Of a stretch of DNA of 64,000 nt, positions 59,801 to 64,000 are shown piece by piece. Position 1 is the stretch's first letter; each line of letters starts with the position of its first letter. The notes under the pieces are model-generated. The model was not told the DNA's origin and ran no database searches. It saw nothing but the letters and a program-made list of their open reading frames with translations. The DNA lies in contig JAYWIR010000005.1 of the NCBI GenBank assembly GCA_036172245.1, forward strand, positions 1 to 64,000, written 5' to 3'. The position numbers and the translations under genes were made by a program. Source of the stretch: Raillietiella orientalis (taxonomy: Eukaryota).

Positions 59801-62800
59801 GCGAAAGCAGAACGCGCGAGCCGCGCGGGTTCGCCTTGCAACGCACTTCCGCAATCTTCGAGCGCGGCTTCCTGTGTGACTGGTATTAATAGTGCCAGGG
59901 AGCCGGAAACACGGGGCTTTTGCCGGAAGTGGCCGCCGCGCGCACCTGAAAGCTCCAGCTGAAAAGTCCTGAGAGACAGCGGCGGCACCTTCGCCCGACA
60001 ACCCGCTGCCGCCGCGCCTGACGGGTGCGCAGCTTAGAAACACAATTTGCTCCTCCTGAGAGCGGACCGCGGCCGCTCGTGCAAGAAGCGTCTTCCAGAC
60101 GTTTCTGCGGCTGCCATGCGAACCCGTAGCCTCATTCGAGAAGAGTGCGAGAGCGTTGGATCTGGAAATGGACCAAACGGGGCGCGCTCGATGTACTCTT
60201 TGGACATCATGTGTGTCTGTGTGGGTGGGTGGGTGGGTGTGCATCTTTTGTGTGTGCCTTCATCTGTGTGTGTGGCTGTACCTTCCTGTGTGGGGGAGGG
60301 GTTCGTTTGTGGAGTGGGTGGATCCTGTGCTATCCATTTTGTTACGAGCTCGTAATTCGGGAAGAGTGGAGAACATCACGAATCCTTCCGTGCAGAACAC
60401 TCTAGAAGAGCCTCCAAATTCTCCTTGCCGTACCCCTTGAACAACCGAATGACATTGTGAAACTGCGAAACTGTCCTTTCTTCTTTTCCTGTGTATTGCA
60501 AGAACGATGGGCTGCACCGCGGACACATCCGGTGGCATGGAAGTTCCATGCGCATCGAAGCAACCGAGAAACGTCCTTCGGTCCAGGCACCAAGCCGCAC
60601 TCTTACCGCAACTGCTCTTTGGTAACCCCAGAACTGAGGCGCTGTGGTTAGCGGGAAGCGAAGCTGTTGGTCTAATTCCAGAAAGACCTTTCACCTGCAG
60701 TAAAGACGTGACGCCGCTAAGAGGTTTCGCCTGCAAAAGAGTTCGGTTGTTCCTCTCACCGTGCTCTTCAGACCTCTTCGCCACTTTTCCATCCCCCTAT
60801 AGTTTCCCGTCTCCAGGGTGAAGTTTCGGCTTAATCGGCCTTTCTCTTGGGCAGAACAGCAAGGCTGCGCCTGTTACTTAATTCGCTGGTCCAGTGAACC
60901 TCGGACCCGACGAATGGCACTCCAAAGCGTGCTGGAGCGCCACGATCACTAAACTGGGGCCGCTCGAACACTCACCCGCGCGGCAGTTGCATCCCCTGTT
61001 GAAATCCTACTCGAACCTTTCGACAGCTCCGTTGCCGCACATCTGCTTCCTTCCAGCGTTGGGCAATTCGTCGTCTTCAGTGCCTCTTCGCCGCGTTTAA
61101 CAGTTGTGCCTGTCGGCAGACTTTTCGTTTGCTGCTCCCGCCGTGCCGTCTTCTGCTAAGAAGGGGCAAACATTGCAATGTGTTTCGCAACCGGTGGTGT
61201 TCACTCTCTTTCTCACTCGTTTCCTTCGAGAAGTTTCCGACTGACTCCTCCCATTCGAGCGCATGTCGCCGCCCTCGGCGCTTCTCCACGTGGACCCGCC
61301 CGCTGGTCCACCCGCTGCGCCATTCCCTCGCGGATGCGCTGGACCATCCCTTTTCGTTTGGCTCCCCTAGGAATCTCCGCGAGCCGGGCGCCCTCAAAAC
61401 GATGGGGAGTCCGTCCGGAAAAGACAAGCTGCAGCGCAGGCGGACGTTAATTTCGCGCTGCCTCGCTGCGAGCGCGCGCGTCGCGCCCCAGAGCTCGCCA
61501 AAGTCCGCCCGTCGCGACGGGCGATTCCGACGCGCCGAACACGCGTTTGCACGCGTGCGCGCGCAGAGTCGAATGCCATTTGACAGCGTGCACGAAAGCA
61601 GCTGGATAACTCATGGTTGGGTAGGATTCAGAATAAATTGAACTACAGGCGAGTCCCGGGAAGATTTCCGAAAGTTTAAAGATTATTCTTGAACTTCCTC
61701 AAAGATTTCTTCAAGACAACAAGGATTGGTAGCTAGTTGTTTACAGTTTCTTAAAAAGTAGCAGGTCGTTGTTAAAGAGTGTGTAAAGATGGATTGTTTA
61801 AAGGATTCTCTTAAAAGGAAAAAACCTGCGATCGAAAACTGAAAAAATACTTTGTATTTGCGAGCCTCAGGATGTATGGCAATCCTGATATCAGCATGAC
61901 ACTAGGCAAGAGCTACCATGCAACATTCGTAGTGCATGCACGTACGTTTCATCCCATACACCGGAAAGCGCATCGAAGAATCGATGGCTTTAGAGGGTAC
62001 CTCTGATGCTACAGATCGCCATGGAACGGATGACCAGCTATCGGCCCGGAGCGTTCCCTTGCGAAGACACTCAGATCTTCCAAATGGAACTGCTGCTCGC
62101 TGTGTTGCGACACCGGAGCTGTTCTACTTTAGATTGCTTTCGACCCTTCCTTCCGCATTCTTTCTCGCCTCCGCCCGCCCTTGCTCTCTCGCTCGTAAGT
62201 TGAGCCTATCTGCCAGTCAGTCCCTGTGTCGCACCGGCTACCCCAGCAACCTCACCCCTGTTTGGTATGCTTGCACAGATCGGTGGCTCTGGTGGGGCTG
62301 GGAGGCGACACGGTCTCGTCAGGAGGTGTGCAGCGGTCGCAGAAAGCATGGCGAAGAGCAAGCCCAAGTGCTGAATAGGACGGACGGCGTGGGTGGGGAC
62401 GGGATCGAAGGCGAGATGGGCGCACGAAGATCGAGCTCGCGTCTCCGGTCGCCCCGGCAACCCCCGCCCGTAGAGCAGCATCTTCAGCAAGAGATTCAAG
62501 GTTCCCACCCGTTCACGCCGGGCCGTGAAAGGACTTAACGATTGCACGAATGATGCTGAAGGGACGCTGGGGTTCTGGAACCAGAGTGGTCATCGGCCGA
62601 CAGCAACTAAGGCGACGAAATCTTCTTTCCAGGCTTCGAAGGGTCCATATTGGACTGCCAAAGCTGCGATTCCCCTTTCTCCGTTCATCCGGAATGCTTC
62701 CCGATCCAGATTCCTGCCAACGATCCCTTTTTCCCTTCGAGGAGATCACGGAACCAGCCGATCTGCATGCCTCTGACCCGCTCCCTGCCGGGTCAGCTGA

Positions 62801-62806
62801 CTTTAG
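44823..62806 (+). CDS. Secreted animal heme peroxidase (peroxidase-cyclooxygenase superfamily) with two tandem peroxidase domains, double-peroxidase/peroxinectin-like; partial
   Basis: 16 GT-AG exons join in frame (3104 nt): 44823-45115, 48852-48978, 51108-51322, 51376-51546, 52904-53071, 53126-53318, 53366-53582, 55691-56018, 56069-56246, 56311-56480, 56529-56637, 56692-56861, 58700-58838, 58984-59261, 59311-59484, 62633-62806. Signal-peptide-like FSKVLFFLCIAGCMAEG. Domain 1 motifs: YRAFNGYCNN, REQLNQVTSFLDASVVYGS, CFQAGDARANE, REHNRVA, QHITYNEFLP, QGRDHG, DIDLFSG, GDRHWYEN, SLARVICDN. Domain 2 motifs: TGWCNN, MQFAQFIDHDL, HPECFPI, RSLPGQLTLG. The start-codon exon was not located and the gene continues past the window end. 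Confidence 0.93.
46180..46850 (+). mobile_element. Decayed R4-type fragment inside a peroxidase intron
   Basis: GTVQES..TSGYWRSYL..ELEHAHHVAVC..QMRHREVA..., ending PRLVLGSCPVV (cf. AVQE..T..Y..E..H...C..RH..VA and PVV+GALG). Confidence 0.5.
49590..49900 (+). mobile_element. Compact (about 300 bp) tRNA-derived SINE copy lacking the central body
   Basis: A-box-like tggcggccgtgtgg, B box gggttcgaatccc (49644-49656), second B box ggttcgagttcc, then directly the 3' block and the A-rich tail aaaaaggaaagaaaa. Confidence 0.8.
50450..50850 (-). mobile_element. Possible decayed R4-type fragment (thumb region)
   Basis: TLPARVDEFTDRQGGGQRLRN (cf. HP...V.RLY..R..GGRGL.N). Confidence 0.4.
51875..52340 (-). 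mobile_element. Retroposon 3' end with long purine-rich tail (appears as a CT-rich tract, 51875-52110)
   Basis: 52120-52320 is homologous to 55075-55280 (gccttgcccagctcctagaccc..gcaccttgagagcgct..gtttctggga..cagcatcctctttctctt.ttcttg). The minus strand ends RSALKVP.GLG, resembling the LR..LK.PGL C terminus of R4/Rex6-type ORFs. Confidence 0.65.
54825..55400 (-). mobile_element. Second copy of the same retroposon 3' end with purine-rich tail (CT-rich tract 54825-55068)
   Basis: Same arrangement as 51875-52340, with about 200 bp of clear homology next to the tract. Confidence 0.65.
57800..58175 (+). mobile_element. SINE family copy, 5'-truncated
   Basis: ccttcgggaagcgcc, ggagagaataaggaagagg, gagaggaacggactcc, cactcaccctcgggtggc and gaggaggcgaacggttctt match the family body and 3' block. 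Confidence 0.75.
59620..60000 (-). mobile_element. Possible decayed R4-type fragment (start of RT)
   Basis: LRTFQLELSGARGGHFRQKP..GSL then NPRGSRVLLSR..RIPAALTL..RKF (cf. NWK.PG.DG..FW.K..L and GRTVLI.K..RPITCL..YK.F). Confidence 0.4.
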
Positions 62807-63486
62807 GTGAGTTGCCCGTTTCCCGACGCACGACAGACGCGAGTGGCCGTGGCGGCGACGACAGCGCACCGAGCGGCGCGCGTGGTTGCAGCGAACATGC
62901 GATCGCCCACGACGATTTTCGGCGTCGGCGTCCCGGGGCGGGAGAATCGCGCGACCTCTGCGGGTACGGGCCCGCGTCAGGCAGCGCCCGCCAGACGGGC
63001 GGCAGCCACCGTCTGGAGCTTCGCGATGCATAGCCCGGCCACGCCGACTCCCGGAGCGTGAGGGGGAGCTGCTTTCACGGTCCGCGACGAAGGGCGCAGG
63101 GAACCGGCGGGGTCGGAAGAGCGGAGCCCCGAGGCGCTTCCGAAGAGGACACGCAGGGCCGAAGAGTCTGCCCTGGCCCCTGGGTCTCCCTCGTCGCCAC
63201 CGACAGATCTTGCAGCCGTAGGGATTCCGTGCACTTGGTAGCGAAGCGACGTACAGCTCGAGGGCAAACCCAGTGGGAGGGTGCGCGCGCACGGGGACAG
63301 GACGAAGAGGTTGGGGCGGCTGGAAGTGGTCACCAAAGCAGCGGACTTTCGACCCGGACTACCAAAATACGCACGCCCTCTCGCGCTGACTCCAGGAGGC
63401 AGCACAACATCGGGGTGGCTTCCCGGACGTGGGTCTCTCCAGCAGCAGACGCCCCGGCGATCGGCCGAGGGCGCCATCTCCAGCTT

Positions 63487-64000
63487 TCATTTTTTTTCTC
63501 TTCTTGGTTCTCAAGAAGTGTCGAAGAACTGTTCGTTTGGTCCATAGAGGTGGCAAACGAAGCTCTTAAGCACTCTCCACGCCCACCAGAGAATGCGTGT
63601 CACTCTTCAACTTAGGGGGCTACCCCGGACCACTTATGACGGGACCATTTATGGATCCAGGAAGGGCTCCGATGGAAGTCCGTTCCTCTGACGCCGGGGA
63701 AGGAACCCCGAAGGGAACCCTCTCCACCTGCGTCGGAGGTCACGTGGTTACGTGGTCTCCTCGCGTGGCACCACCACGCGTCGCGGGTTCGAATGCTCGG
63801 CAAGAATCGACGCCGAGAGATGGGGGTGAGCATCGCGGGTTCGAGATCCTCCCGCAAGATGACGCTGGCTCGACTCTATTCGTTCGAGTGCGGCACCGGT
63901 AACTGTTCGAACCGAATGCCCCCGATGAGTGGTCAGGATTGCGAGTCGACCCTCCGGGGTCCATCCAGGAAACAGAACCAAGGATTCCGGTTCCCTTCGG
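63487..64000 (+). mobile_element. Composite SINE (inverted 3' fragment 63487-~63728 plus head of a + copy), running off the window
   Basis: T tract and reverse-complement 3' block, then tgcgtcggaggtcacgtggttacgtggtctcc..gcgtcgcgggttcgaatgc..catcgcgggttcgagatcc and the core. Confidence 0.78.

Noticed and set aside
61506..61523. 18-bp perfect palindrome cgcccgtcgcgacgggcg
   Set aside because: Short, in CpG-rich low-complexity context, with no supporting structure.

Overview
Eukaryotic (animal) genomic DNA. The ~50-nt introns without the rhabditid TTTTCAG acceptor and the FLYWCH-MULE relic suggest a clade I nematode such as a trichinellid or trichurid; this is inference only. Contents: (1) the 3' part of a Ser/Thr-rich mucin-like CDS built from about 11.5 near-identical 294-bp (98-aa) tandem repeats (1-3589, +). 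(2) A large plus-strand animal heme-peroxidase gene with two tandem peroxidase domains: 16 phase-consistent exons traced from 44823 to 62806, incomplete at both ends. Domain 1 has lost heme-binding residues, domain 2 is canonical where visible, and five intron positions are shared between the halves. (3) A probable lineage-specific small-exon gene starting near 20686. (4) A decayed FLYWCH-MULE transposase (13790-15438, -). (5) More than a dozen heavily decayed, GC-rich fragments of R4/Dong-type (RT plus restriction-like endonuclease) non-LTR retrotransposons and one RTE-like fragment. (6) About ten copies of a modular tRNA-derived SINE that I do not recognise. It has a doubled B-box head; one copy has a 72-bp target-site duplication ending inside a 66-bp palindrome, and two copies share an inverted composite architecture. 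(7) A ~140-bp hairpin at 23695-23832. Most short ORFs in the supplied track are spurious products of GC-rich repeat DNA. All homology calls are by-eye motif recognition, not database searches.
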